Assembly (NCBI GenBank): GCA_947447955.1 | Contig: CANFLS010000003.1 | Coordinates: 21,048-85,047 of the forward strand | Direction of reading: 5' to 3' | Source of the DNA: Flavobacteriales bacterium | GTDB lineage: Bacteria > Bacteroidota > Bacteroidia > NS11-12g > UBA955 | Length of the DNA: 64,000 nt | Part shown: positions 20,024 to 30,456 of the stretch, in pieces | Layout: each line of letters begins with the position of its first letter | Position numbering within the stretch: position 1 is the stretch's first letter | Notes under the pieces: generated by a model | Databases searched by the model: none | The model's input: only the letters and a program-made list of their open reading frames with translations | What the model was told of the DNA's origin: nothing | Translations under genes and position numbers: made by a program

Positions 20024-22291
20024 TTATGCGATTACAGATCTGCGGATGATGTTCAATGCGCCACCAGCTTTGAACCACTCAATTTGTTGGTCGTTGTAGC
20101 TGTGGTTTACTGAAATTTCATCTTTGCTGCCATCGGCATGGTTTAATACCAATGTCAATGATTTGTCTGGAGCAAATGTTGTCAAACCAACGATGTCAAT
20201 TTTGTCTGCTTCTTGAATTTTATCGTAGTCAGCTTTGTCGGCAAAAGTTAATGCCAACATACCTTGTTTTTTCAAGTTGGTTTCGTGGATACGGGCAAAA
20301 GATTTTACCAAAACCGCACGAACTCCCAAATGACGAGGTTCCATGGCTGCGTGCTCTCTTGAAGAACCTTCACCATAGTTTTCATCACCAACAACAATAG
20401 ATCCAATACCTGCGGCTTTGTAAGCACGTTGTGTAGCTGGAACCGTATCGGTTTTGCCAGTTTCTTGGTTAACAACAGCGTTTGCTTGGTCATTGAAGAA
20501 GTTGGTTGCGCCAATTAATAAGTTGTCTGAAATGTTATCTAAGTGACCACGGAATTTCAACCATGGACCAGCCATAGAAATATGATCGGTGGTACATTTT
20601 CCTTTTGCTTTGATTAACAAACGCATTCCAGTGATATCAGTTCCCTCCCAAGCTTGGAATGGATCTAACAACTGCAAACGTTTACTTGTTGGAGAAACAG
20701 CAACCTGAACACCTGAGCCATCAGCAGCAGGAGCTTGGTAACCAGCATCTTCAACTGCAAAACCCAAAGCAGGAAGTTCAAATCCTGTTGGTGGATCTAA
20801 CATCACTGACTCGCCGTTTTCATTGATCAATGAATCGGTTAATGGATTGAAAGTCAAATCACCTGCAATTGCAAGTGCTGTAACCAATTCTGGAGAAGCT
20901 ACAAATGCATAGGTGTTAGGATTTCCATCGGCACGTTTAGCAAAGTTTCTGTTGAAAGAGTGTACAATGGTATTTTTCTCTTGCTTTTCAGCACCCATTC
21001 TGTCCCACATACCAATACAAGGTCCACAAGCATTTGTAAATACTTTGGCACCAATTTGGTCAAATATTTTCAAGAATCCGTCGCGTTCAATTGTAAATCT
21101 TACTTGCTCAGAACCTGGAGTAATTAAGTATTCAGCTTTAGGTTTTAAGTTTTTGGTAGAAACCTGTTGCGCCAAACTCACTGCACGAGAAATATCTTCG
21201 TAAGAAGAGTTGGTACAGCTACCAATCAATCCCACTTCAACTTTTGTTGGCCAGCCATTTTTAGCAGCTTCTTCTTTCATTTTAGAAATAGGAGTAGCCA
21301 AATCTGGAGTGAACGGACCGTTCAAATATGGTTCAAGGGTATTTAAATCAATTTCAATTACTTGGTCAAAGTATTGTTCTGGGTTTGCATACACTTCAGC
21401 ATCGGCGGTTAAATATTCTTTCACACCGTTAGCCAAGTCAGCAACATCCGCACGACCAGTGGCGCGCAAGTAGCGTTCCATGCTTTCGTCGTAACCGAAG
21501 GTTGAAGTAGTAGCTCCAATTTCAGCACCCATGTTACAAATGGTACCTTTACCAGTGCAACTCATAGAAGTAGCACCTTCACCGAAATACTCAACGATAC
21601 AACCGGTTCCACCTTTAACAGTTAAAATACCTGCAACTTTTAAGATTACATCTTTTGCAGAGCACCAACCAGAAAGTTTACCCGTTAATTTAATACCAAT
21701 TAATTTTGGCCATTTAAGCTCCCATGGCAAACCTGCCATAACATCGCAAGCGTCGGCACCACCAACACCAATAGCCACCATACCCAAACCTCCTGCATTT
21801 ACAGTGTGAGAATCGGTACCAATCATCATTCCACCAGGGAATGCATAATTTTCAAGAACTACTTGGTGAATAATACCTGCACCTGGTTTCCAGAAACCGA
21901 TGCCATATTTATTTGAAACAGAAGCCAAGAAATCGTAAACTTCTTTGCTTTCAGTATTTGCAACTTCTAAATCTTGGTCTGCACCAACTTTTGCAGTAAT
22001 TAAGTGATCACAGTGAACTGTACTTGGAACAGCAACTTTTGGGCGACCAGCTTGCATAAATTGCAAAAGAGCCATTTGTGCTGTTGCATCTTGCATGGCA
22101 ACACGGTCTGGAGCAAAGTCTACATAATCAGCACCGCGGCCAAAACTTCTGGTTGCTGGGTTTTCCCAAAGGTGGGAATACAAAATCTTTTCAGTTAATG
22201 TTAATGGTTTACCTAGAAGTTGACGTGCTGCATTTACACGTTCAGGCATTCTTTCGTAAACAGATTTAATCACTTCAATATCAAAAGCCAT
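20024..22291 (-). CDS. acnA: aconitate hydratase (mitochondrial-like type typical of Bacteroidota)
   Basis: [58 protein letters not shown]. Confidence 0.93.
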   Translation of the reverse strand: MAFDIEVIKSVYERMPERVNAARQLLGKPLTLTEKILYSHLWENPATRSFGRGADYVDFAPDRVAMQDATAQMALLQFMQAGRPKVAVPSTVHCDHLITAKVGADQDLEVANTESKEVYDFLASVSNKYGIGFWKPGAGIIHQVVLENYAFPGGMMIGTDSHTVNAGGLGMVAIGVGGADACDVMAGLPWELKWPKLIGIKLTGKLSGWCSAKDVILKVAGILTVKGGTGCIVEYFGEGATSMSCTGKGTICNMGAEIGATTSTFGYDESMERYLRATGRADVADLANGVKEYLTADAEVYANPEQYFDQVIEIDLNTLEPYLNGPFTPDLATPISKMKEEAAKNGWPTKVEVGLIGSCTNSSYEDISRAVSLAQQVSTKNLKPKAEYLITPGSEQVRFTIERDGFLKIFDQIGAKVFTNACGPCIGMWDRMGAEKQEKNTIVHSFNRNFAKRADGNPNTYAFVASPELVTALAIAGDLTFNPLTDSLINENGESVMLDPPTGFELPALGFAVEDAGYQAPAADGSGVQVAVSPTSKRLQLLDPFQAWEGTDITGMRLLIKAKGKCTTDHISMAGPWLKFRGHLDNISDNLLIGATNFFNDQANAVVNQETGKTDTVPATQRAYKAAGIGSIVVGDENYGEGSSREHAAMEPRHLGVRAVLVKSFARIHETNLKKQGMLALTFADKADYDKIQEADKIDIVGLTTFAPDKSLTLVLNHADGSKDEISVNHSYNDQQIEWFKAGGALNIIRRSVIA

Positions 22292-22366
22292 TTTCTTATT
22301 TATTAATCTATTTACTGCAAATTTCGTATTTTTTTGTGGTATTTTCTATTATTTCGACATCTTTGT

Positions 22367-22939
22367 ATGGTGAATTCTCCACGGATTATTTTGGGTATCG
22401 ATCCAGGTACAAATTTATTGGGTTACGGAATTATTAAAATGGACGGTCAAACCCCGTTGTTAGAGACATTGGGGGTGGTGCGTTTGTCTAAATTCGAAGA
22501 CCATGGAGAAAAGCTTTTTCATATTTTCGAACGCATTGTAGCACTCATTGATGGCTTTCATGTAACCGAAGTATCTATTGAGGCACCTTTTTACGGAAAG
22601 AATGTACAAAGTATGTTGAAGTTGGGTAGGGCGCAAGGGGTTGCCATTGCGGCAGCCATTTCCCGCAAAGTTCCCGTTTACGAATATGTCCCTCGAAAAA
22701 TAAAACAGTCTATTTGTGGCAATGGTGCAGCGTCAAAAGAACAAGTTTTGGCAATGCTGCAAGCGCAGTTTCAATTTGAAACCGCTCCAGAAACCCTTGA
22801 TGCTACCGATGGTTTGGCAGCAGCTTTGTGTCATATTTATCAGTTCCAACCCCGATTATTTGGTACAACAAAATCAACAGGTAAAAAAACTGGAGGTTGG
22901 GCACAGTTTGTAAAAGAAAATCCAGACCGATTGGAGTAA
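22367..22939 (+). CDS. ruvC: crossover junction endodeoxyribonuclease RuvC
   Basis: ILGIDPG, IEAPFYGKNVQSMLKLGRAQG, DATDGLAAALCH. Start may be ATG 22367 or GTG 22370. Confidence 0.95.
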   Translation: MVNSPRIILGIDPGTNLLGYGIIKMDGQTPLLETLGVVRLSKFEDHGEKLFHIFERIVALIDGFHVTEVSIEAPFYGKNVQSMLKLGRAQGVAIAAAISRKVPVYEYVPRKIKQSICGNGAASKEQVLAMLQAQFQFETAPETLDATDGLAAALCHIYQFQPRLFGTTKSTGKKTGGWAQFVKENPDRLE

Positions 22940-22984
22940 TAATTTCGTTTTGTAACTATTTGTTTAAATTTGCGTTATATTGTT

Positions 22985-24292
22985 ATGCAATTAAATAGGT
23001 TAAAGAGATATTTGGGACTATTGCTTTTTGTTTTCAGCCTAAATGTTCACGCACAAACTTACTTCCCTCCGAAAATTGGAACCTGGGACACCCTTTCAAC
23101 CAACCGATTTGGCTATTGCCAAGAACGGATTGATAGCCTTTATAATTTTTTGAGCCAATCTAATTCCAAGACATTTATTTTATTGAAAGATGGCAAAATT
23201 GTTTTAGAAAAATATTTTGGAACATTTACAAAAGATAGCAATTGGTATTGGGCAAGCGCCGGAAAAACTTTAACTGGATTTTGTATAGGCATTGCCAATC
23301 AAGAAGGGAGTTTGAAATTAACAGATAAATCTTCGAAATATTTGGGTGCTGGATGGACATCGTTGAGCAGCAAACAAGAAGATAGCATTTGCATTATCAA
23401 TCAAATTACAATGACAACTGGCTTGAAAGACAATGTAACCGACCCGGATTGCACCTTGCCGTCTTGCTTGCAATATGCTGGAACGGCGGGATCTCGTTGG
23501 GCCTACCACAATGCGCCCTATACCTTGTTGGATAAAGTTATTGAAAGTGCCACAGGGGTTACTTTGAATTCATTTGTGCTCAGTAAAGTTTCAAGTGTGG
23601 TGGGTATGAAAGGCATCTATTTCAAATCGGGGTATAACAATGTCTATGCTTCCGACAGCAGAAGCATGGCCAAATTTGGATTGCTACTGTTGAATAAAGG
23701 AAATTGGAATGGTTCAATAATTTTGAAGGACTCTAATTATTTCAAGCAAATGACAAATTCCAGTCAAACCATCAATAAAAGCTACGGCTACTTAACTTGG
23801 TTGAATGGAAAAACGTCGTATATGGTGCCACAAACGCAATTTGTATTTCCTGGCTCTATTTCTCCCGATGCACCCAATGATGTGATTATGGCACTTGGTA
23901 AAAATGGGCAGCTCATCAATGTGTGTCCCTCAAAAGGACTGGTTTGGATAAGAATGGGAAATGCACCATCGAACAATGGTTTGGTTCCATGGATATTCAA
24001 TAACGAAATTTGGAAGTACATCAATCAATTGCCTTGTGCCAAGACAAATGATTTAGAATTGGCAACTGAAAAGCTTGGATTATTTCCTAACGTGGCAAAA
24101 ATTGGCGAAATGGTTTTATTGCAAACCAAAAGCAAAGATGTCCCTCAAATCTTCAATTCACTTTGGCAATCTATCAAAGTAGAGGGGGAGTTTAAGGCAG
24201 AAGGGTATTGCATAACCACCCAAAATATGGCTTCTGGAGTTTATTTGGTTAAACTAAAAAGTGGGCAATCTGTAAGAATGGTATTGCAATAG
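22985..24292 (+). CDS. secreted serine hydrolase (beta-lactamase fold) with degenerate T9SS CTD
   Basis: Signal peptide ending VHA-Q, WASAGK (SxxK), WAYHNAPY, SYGYLTWLN; tail LFPN...ASGVYLVKL. Confidence 0.8.
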   Translation: MQLNRLKRYLGLLLFVFSLNVHAQTYFPPKIGTWDTLSTNRFGYCQERIDSLYNFLSQSNSKTFILLKDGKIVLEKYFGTFTKDSNWYWASAGKTLTGFCIGIANQEGSLKLTDKSSKYLGAGWTSLSSKQEDSICIINQITMTTGLKDNVTDPDCTLPSCLQYAGTAGSRWAYHNAPYTLLDKVIESATGVTLNSFVLSKVSSVVGMKGIYFKSGYNNVYASDSRSMAKFGLLLLNKGNWNGSIILKDSNYFKQMTNSSQTINKSYGYLTWLNGKTSYMVPQTQFVFPGSISPDAPNDVIMALGKNGQLINVCPSKGLVWIRMGNAPSNNGLVPWIFNNEIWKYINQLPCAKTNDLELATEKLGLFPNVAKIGEMVLLQTKSKDVPQIFNSLWQSIKVEGEFKAEGYCITTQNMASGVYLVKLKSGQSVRMVLQ

Positions 24293-24295
24293 CAA

Positions 24296-26176
24296 TTACA
24301 TTCTTTCAACTACATTGATTCCTAGCAAATTCAATCCGAATTTCAAACCTTCCGCAGTGTGGTGTGCCAATTTCAAACGCATACTTTGTAAGCCTTCGTC
24401 GGTTTCTCTCAAAATCGAAACTTCGTTGTACAAACGGTTATAAGCCCTTGCCAAATCGAGGCAATATTGGCAAATTACCGCAGGAGAGTATTCTCTAGAT
24501 GCTTCGCTCAACACAGCAGGGAAGTCATATAAAACCTTAATTGTATTAATTTCTGAGGGATGTAAACTGTTTGGAATTTCTGCATCCTGCCATTTGATTT
24601 TTGCCTGACGCAAAATACTTTGTATTCTGGCATAGGTATATTGGATAAATGGACCAGTATCACCTTGGAAATCAATACTTTCTTCAGGGTTGAACAGCAT
24701 TCGTTTTTTAGGATCAACCTTCAAAATGAAGAATTTCAATGCCGACAATGACAATTGGTGGTACAAGTTATTTAGTTCATCATCATTTAAACCATCTGCT
24801 TTGCCCAATTCAAGGGTTTTGTCTTTGGCAGTTTGGTACATTTCGCTGATTAAATCATCGGCATCAACCACGGTACCTTCTCTGCTTTTCATTTTACCAG
24901 TTGGCAAATCAACCATACCATAACTCGCATGATACATGCCGTTGGCATATGATTTTCCAAGTTTTTGCATAATCAAAAACAACACTTTGAAGTGGTAATC
25001 TTGTTCATTGCCAACCACATAAATACTGCGTTCCATGCCAAATTCTTGGTATTTCAATTCCGCAGTTCCAATGTCTTGGGTAATATAAACAGAAGTTCCA
25101 TCACCGCGTTGAACCAATTTCTCATCAAGTCCATCTGCGGTTAGGTCAATCCAAACACTGTTGTCTGGCTTTTGGTAAAATACACCTTTTGCCAAACCTT
25201 CTTGAACAATATCTTTTCCTAATTTATATGTATTGCTTTCGTAATAGTATTTGTCAAAAGCAACTCCCAAACGAGAATAGGTAGATTCAAATCCTTTATA
25301 AACCCAACCATTCATCATTTCCCATAGGGCAATGGTTTCTTTGTCGCCAGCTTCCCATTGACGCAGCATTTGCTGGCAAGTGAGCATCAACTGAGAATTG
25401 TTTCTTATCAATTCTTTGATGTCATCTGAGAATTTTGCAATTTGCTTTTCGTCCTTTGCTGCATTTAGTTTTTCTAAAGCATCGGCATATCGCTTTTGAA
25501 TGGTTGCATCATCGAAAGTGAAATTTCCGGCAATGGCATTTTCAATATCGTCGGCGGTTTGTTCTCTTAATTTGTTTTCGAAAACCACATAGTACCTTCC
25601 AACCAAATGATCTCCTTTTAATCCGGTTGACTCTGGAGTTTCATTGTTTCCAAATAACTTCCAAGCCAACATGCTTTTGCAAATATGAATACCACGGTCG
25701 TTAATCAAATTGGCTTTGATTACTTCATATCCATTGTTGTCAAATATTTGCGATAAGCTATAACCCAATAAGTTGTTGCGAATATGTCCCAAATGCAACG
25801 GCTTATTGGTATTCGGTGATGAATATTCCACCATCACTTTTTCATTTTTTGAGGGAAGTGAGAACGAGGTTTTATTCCAATTAGATTGTAAGTAATGATG
25901 CCAAACGGATGAATCAACTTCTAAGTTTAAAAAGCCTTTAATTACATTAAAGTTGTGAATTATTTGGCAGTTGGTTTTTAAATATTGACCAATTTCCTCG
26001 GCAGTTTGTTCGGGAGATTTGCGAGATAATCTTACAATTGGAAAAACCACATAGGTGTAATCTCCAACGAAGTCGGATTTGGTTTTTTCAATTTTCACCG
26101 ATGGTGCTTCAGGACTAGCGTATAAAGCGGTAATTGCTTTTTCTATTCCCTCAATAATTTCTCCCTCAATATTCAT
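24296..26176 (-). CDS. argS: arginine--tRNA ligase
   Basis: VEYSSPNTNKPLHLGH, GKMKSREG, GDTGPFIQY, C-terminal ERM. Confidence 0.97.
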   Translation of the reverse strand: MNIEGEIIEGIEKAITALYASPEAPSVKIEKTKSDFVGDYTYVVFPIVRLSRKSPEQTAEEIGQYLKTNCQIIHNFNVIKGFLNLEVDSSVWHHYLQSNWNKTSFSLPSKNEKVMVEYSSPNTNKPLHLGHIRNNLLGYSLSQIFDNNGYEVIKANLINDRGIHICKSMLAWKLFGNNETPESTGLKGDHLVGRYYVVFENKLREQTADDIENAIAGNFTFDDATIQKRYADALEKLNAAKDEKQIAKFSDDIKELIRNNSQLMLTCQQMLRQWEAGDKETIALWEMMNGWVYKGFESTYSRLGVAFDKYYYESNTYKLGKDIVQEGLAKGVFYQKPDNSVWIDLTADGLDEKLVQRGDGTSVYITQDIGTAELKYQEFGMERSIYVVGNEQDYHFKVLFLIMQKLGKSYANGMYHASYGMVDLPTGKMKSREGTVVDADDLISEMYQTAKDKTLELGKADGLNDDELNNLYHQLSLSALKFFILKVDPKKRMLFNPEESIDFQGDTGPFIQYTYARIQSILRQAKIKWQDAEIPNSLHPSEINTIKVLYDFPAVLSEASREYSPAVICQYCLDLARAYNRLYNEVSILRETDEGLQSMRLKLAHHTAEGLKFGLNLLGINVVERM

Positions 26177-26212
26177 GGCGCAAAATTACGATGGAATTCA
26201 TGTTTCAGCAAC

Positions 26213-26674
26213 TTATATATGATGATAACCCGTTCCTTTTTGAATATTATAGGCCCTGTAAACTTGTTCTATAAGTACCAGCCTTGCCAAATGGTGCGGA
26301 AATGTCAAATCACTTAATTTTATTGAGGGATAATTTTTTAACGCTTCTTGGGTAAAACCATAAGCGCCGCCAATACCAATGATGAGTTTTCCTCTAATAT
26401 TAGACAATTCTCCTTCAATCATTTGAGAGAAGGAAATGCTGTTGTGCATTTTTCCATGCTCATCGCAGAGAATGAGTTTGTCGCCAGGTTTACACAGCTT
26501 CAAAAGGGTTTCAGTTTCCTTTATTTTTTGTTGGGCTGGATCTGTTACCCTTGCCGCAGGAAGTATTTCTAATTTCGTGGCATAAGGGCCATTGAGTTTT
26601 TTAATGTAATCGGCACAAAGAAGGTCTATTTCTTTGTTTTTGTGATTCTCAATGGCGGCAATAACAATAGCCAA
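26213..26674 (-). CDS. rlmH: 23S rRNA (pseudouridine1915-N3)-methyltransferase
   Basis: DEHGK, IGGAYG, LSDLTFPHHLARLVLIEQVYRA, GYHH. Confidence 0.93.
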   Translation of the reverse strand: MAIVIAAIENHKNKEIDLLCADYIKKLNGPYATKLEILPAARVTDPAQQKIKETETLLKLCKPGDKLILCDEHGKMHNSISFSQMIEGELSNIRGKLIIGIGGAYGFTQEALKNYPSIKLSDLTFPHHLARLVLIEQVYRAYNIQKGTGYHHI

Positions 26675-26676
26675 AA

Positions 26677-27642
26677 TTAATTGTTGTTTAAAATTTCAAG
26701 AATTTTATCTAACTGAGGAGTTAAAATGATTTCGGTACGGCGGTTTTTCGCACGACCCTCTGGAGTGTCGTTTGTAGCCACTGGAATGGTTTCACCACGG
26801 CCGTTGGCCGAAATTCTTTTTGCGCTTAATTTGCCTTCATTGATCATGATTTTCGCAATAGAAGTAGCACGCAATACGCTCAAATCCCAGTTGTCTTTGA
26901 TTGTTTCACCATTCATTGGTACGTTGTCGGTATGTCCCTCAACAGCAACTTGAACATCGGCTTTTTTGTTTAGGGCTTTTGCAAGTTCCACCAAAGCTTC
27001 TTGTCCTTTAGGGTCAACTGAAGTGCTTCCACTTTTGAAAAGTAATTTTTCTGGAAGAATAACATAAACTTTACCGTTTCTGTATTCCACTTTCACATCC
27101 AACTTTTCAAATCCTGCAAGCGCTTTAATAATTGCGTCTTTTAATAAAATAACGGCACTGTCTTTTCTTCTTAACTCTGCTTCAAGCTCTTTCACACGGC
27201 CACTTACTTTTTCAAGTTCCTTGCGGGCATTTTCTAGTCTTAATCGCTCAGCTTCTGCGCTGGCAAGTGCTTTGTTGAGTTCCAGTTCTTTTGTTTGAAT
27301 GGCTTTGTTTTTCTTATCGATTTCCGCAGCAACCTTAATTTTTTGGTCGTCATGGGTTTCGCCTAAAGTTTGAATATAGGCTTGGCTTTCTTCTAACTCA
27401 TTCTGACAAATTTGAATGCTGTCTTGAAGTTTTGATATCACTAATTTCTGACGATCCTGTTGATCTTGTAGATTGGCAATTTCTCCTTTGAGGGACGTAT
27501 TCATGTTTCCACAATCGTCAATCTTGGTATTTAAAGAAATAACAGTTGAATCTTTATTGCGATTTAACGCATCATATTTCTTTTGGCTAACACAAGAAAA
27601 AAGGGTTAGACCAACACACATTACACTCCAAATTAATTTCAT
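26677..27642 (-). CDS. OmpA/MotB-family lipoprotein with coiled coil
   Basis: Lipobox LFSC-VSQKKY, coiled coil, LLFKSGS, VEGHTD, NWDLSVLRA, NRRTEIIL. Confidence 0.88.
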   Translation of the reverse strand: MKLIWSVMCVGLTLFSCVSQKKYDALNRNKDSTVISLNTKIDDCGNMNTSLKGEIANLQDQQDRQKLVISKLQDSIQICQNELEESQAYIQTLGETHDDQKIKVAAEIDKKNKAIQTKELELNKALASAEAERLRLENARKELEKVSGRVKELEAELRRKDSAVILLKDAIIKALAGFEKLDVKVEYRNGKVYVILPEKLLFKSGSTSVDPKGQEALVELAKALNKKADVQVAVEGHTDNVPMNGETIKDNWDLSVLRATSIAKIMINEGKLSAKRISANGRGETIPVATNDTPEGRAKNRRTEIILTPQLDKILEILNNN

Positions 27643-27665
27643 ATTACACGAAGTTAGTGAAGGGC

Positions 27666-27766
27666 AAAAAAAAAGCGGGAAATGGTTTTACACATGTATG
27701 ATTGTGTAGACATTTCCCGCGAATCAATGAACCAAACCAATCTCCGTTGTCTGAAACGGAGATTGG
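27666..27766 (-). terminator. tandem hairpins ending in a U9 tract downstream of the TBDR
   Basis: CCAATCTCCGTT/AACGGAGATTGG stem (27737-27766) and GCGGGAAATG/CATTTCCCGC stem (27675-27720), followed on the minus strand by T9. Confidence 0.75.
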
Positions 27767-27769
27767 AAT

Positions 27770-30256
27770 TTATAAACTAAAATCTAATTTGTAATAGAAC
27801 AATGGCAAGAAACCAAGTTGGTAATCTTGCTGTGCGCCAGTTGTAGCAACATTAAATGAATATTTTAAGATATTCTTGTTGTTAGTAATGTTAATTAAAT
27901 CAAGTGCAAATTCGTGAGATACTTTTTTAGCATTGATTTTGTATGACACACGCACATCAAAACGGGCATATGGTTTATCAAAACGCAAGGTGTTTTTCTG
28001 AGCTTGGTTTTCAACGTATTCACGTGCATCAATAGAAGCAAGTGTGTCCATAGGTGAAAATCTTCTTGCACCAGCCAAAGTTACTTTGCCACCAAAGTTC
28101 AATACACTTTTGTTTTTGAAAGTGATTTCTTTTGCAAACAAACCATTCATCGCGTAATTGGTGTTAAAGTCTGTGCTTCTCAAAACATTGTCACTACCAG
28201 TGTATTTGGCATCAAAAACACTTGCACTAAATAAATAGTAGAATCCTTTGCTGAAAAACTTCTCTACAGTCAATTCTAACCCATAGTTATATCCAGTTCC
28301 TGAATTTACCAATTTGTTGTCCGCGAAGAAACGGCTAAATCCTGAGCCAGTATTCGCCAAACTGAATGATGTAACATTCCCTCTTGATGCGTCATCAATT
28401 GGAATGTTCCATAAGTATTGGTAATAAGTTTCTAATTTAATTCTGCTTGATTTACCCAAAGAATAATCCCAACCCAATACAAAATGCGCACTTTGTGTCA
28501 AGCCCATTTTTAGGTTTCTTGGTGATGTTAATTTTGTAGTATCAAGTTTCTTGCGGTAATCGTAGAAATAAATATAAGCAGATTGGTTTTGGCTGTGAAT
28601 ACCTGTACCAAAATTAATGGTGCTTTTCTTACTCGCTTGGTAACGGATAGAAAGTCTTGGCAAGATAAATGCAGAGCTTGTGTGGCTTGTTTTTTTCTTG
28701 TAATCTTCTTCTCCAGGTTTTGGGGTATAAGAAATATTGAAAATTTCTGCCTGCCAACCTGCAACCATGCTCAATTTATTGGTGAATTTGTATTTCAATT
28801 GTACATATGGAATCAACATGTTTCCAGCGCCAATTGCATTCCAACGCTTTTTAAAGTCGCCATAAGTTGGATTAGCTACAGCGTCAATATTTGCTGAATC
28901 AACAAAATCGTAAATATAATGTGTAGCTTGAACACCATACTTCAAAGTTGCTTGGGTATTTATCTTTTGATTCACGAAAATATGGGTACCCAAAGTTTTT
29001 GTTGAAAATTGATAATCCATAAATTTGGTTAAAGTAAGCGATTTAGGATCGTAATTTGGCTTTAAGCCCATAATTAAATCAGAGCTTGAATTTACAACTT
29101 GTTGAGATCCACTCACTACAATCTTGAAATATGAATTTTTCGAAATGGATGCTTGATAGGTGGCTCCTACGATTCCCATGCTTGAACTGAATTTCTGATC
29201 ACGGTCGTTTTGTCCATACAAATCGGTTACGCCTTCTTTCAATTGATCGCTAATTTTGATGTTGATATTACTCACACCACCAATTCCAAACAATGAGAAA
29301 TTTGCGTTGTTTTTTAGAGGGAAATTCAATTTGAAAGAACCATCTTGATAGTTTGGAACAGCGTTGGTTCCAATTGGAATTTTCAATTTGCTAAATGCAC
29401 TCAATGTTGAATAACGGTAAGTAGCCAAATAGGTAGCTTTTGATTTTTTACTCAAAGGACCTTCAGCCATTACATCCATACCCAAGAAACCAATTTGAGA
29501 ACTGATTTCATGTTTTTGGTTGTTTCCATTTCTCAATTTCAAATCGAAAGCACCAGCAACGGCATTTCCATATTCCGCAGGGAAAGCACCCGTAAAGAAA
29601 TCTGAGTTGCCTAAAATTTTGTTATTGATAATTGAAACCGATCCACCTGTTGTACCTGGAATGGCAAAGTGATTTGGGTTAGGAATATCAATTCCCTCAA
29701 GTCTCCACAAAACACCGCCCGGAGAATTACCTCTCACAACAATGTCGTTACGAGAATCATCTGCTCCCTGAACCCCGGCAAAGTTAGAGGCCATACGCGC
29801 TGGGTCCCCTCTACTTCCTGCAAAACGGTCTGTTTCGTCTACCGTAAATAAACGGGCAGAAACCAACGCTGCATCGTTATTGGTTTGGTCATGACGTTTT
29901 TTTGCTTTGATTGAAACTTCAGAAATGAGTTCAACTTCCTCTTCCATATCAACATTCACCATCACTTCTTTTGCAGAAGTCACAACAATGTTTGGAATGG
30001 GATTGGAGCGATATCCTTTTGCTTCAACCATCAAATTTTGACGTCCCAAAGGAACATTGTCAATGGTGTAACTTCCATCTTCGGCAGATACACTCGAAAG
30101 TTTTAACGTTGTGTCGGAAGTTTCAACCGCAATTTTAGCACCAACAATGGGCTTTTGGGTTTCTTTGTCTTTTAAAATTCCTCGAATCGTTTGCGTCTGT
30201 GCATTTACAATTCCAAAGGTTAAAAGCGTGATAATAAACAGTAACTTTATTTTCAT
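27770..30256 (-). CDS. TonB-dependent receptor with N-terminal carboxypeptidase-regulatory-like domain
   Basis: Signal ending VNA-Q; plug DPARMASNFAGV...NDIVVRGNSP, EGIDIPNPNHF; C-terminal YYKLDF. Confidence 0.88.
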   Translation of the reverse strand: MKIKLLFIITLLTFGIVNAQTQTIRGILKDKETQKPIVGAKIAVETSDTTLKLSSVSAEDGSYTIDNVPLGRQNLMVEAKGYRSNPIPNIVVTSAKEVMVNVDMEEEVELISEVSIKAKKRHDQTNNDAALVSARLFTVDETDRFAGSRGDPARMASNFAGVQGADDSRNDIVVRGNSPGGVLWRLEGIDIPNPNHFAIPGTTGGSVSIINNKILGNSDFFTGAFPAEYGNAVAGAFDLKLRNGNNQKHEISSQIGFLGMDVMAEGPLSKKSKATYLATYRYSTLSAFSKLKIPIGTNAVPNYQDGSFKLNFPLKNNANFSLFGIGGVSNINIKISDQLKEGVTDLYGQNDRDQKFSSSMGIVGATYQASISKNSYFKIVVSGSQQVVNSSSDLIMGLKPNYDPKSLTLTKFMDYQFSTKTLGTHIFVNQKINTQATLKYGVQATHYIYDFVDSANIDAVANPTYGDFKKRWNAIGAGNMLIPYVQLKYKFTNKLSMVAGWQAEIFNISYTPKPGEEDYKKKTSHTSSAFILPRLSIRYQASKKSTINFGTGIHSQNQSAYIYFYDYRKKLDTTKLTSPRNLKMGLTQSAHFVLGWDYSLGKSSRIKLETYYQYLWNIPIDDASRGNVTSFSLANTGSGFSRFFADNKLVNSGTGYNYGLELTVEKFFSKGFYYLFSASVFDAKYTGSDNVLRSTDFNTNYAMNGLFAKEITFKNKSVLNFGGKVTLAGARRFSPMDTLASIDAREYVENQAQKNTLRFDKPYARFDVRVSYKINAKKVSHEFALDLINITNNKNILKYSFNVATTGAQQDYQLGFLPLFYYKLDFSL

Positions 30257-30456
30257 GTCGGCGAATCTAATTGAATTAAAAATCATAATCAAAAAGATAA
30301 GACGACAATTTTTGCGCATTATCGTAATGTTAATTAAATATTTATTGATTTTTCATAATAAATATCGCAATTTACTGACTAGGAAGCACCTGAATTTATT
30401 GCGTAATTGTGAAATTACGTAGTATAAATTATACAAATAAGAATAGGTGGTAGTAT

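Noticed and set aside
20024..22291. Mitochondrial-like aconitase as eukaryote-derived transfer
   Set aside because: This aconitase type is normal in Bacteroidota.
26677..27642. MotB-like protein suggesting flagella
   Set aside because: It is a lipoprotein with coiled coil and OmpA domain; no MotB TM aspartate motif and no motA or flagellar genes.
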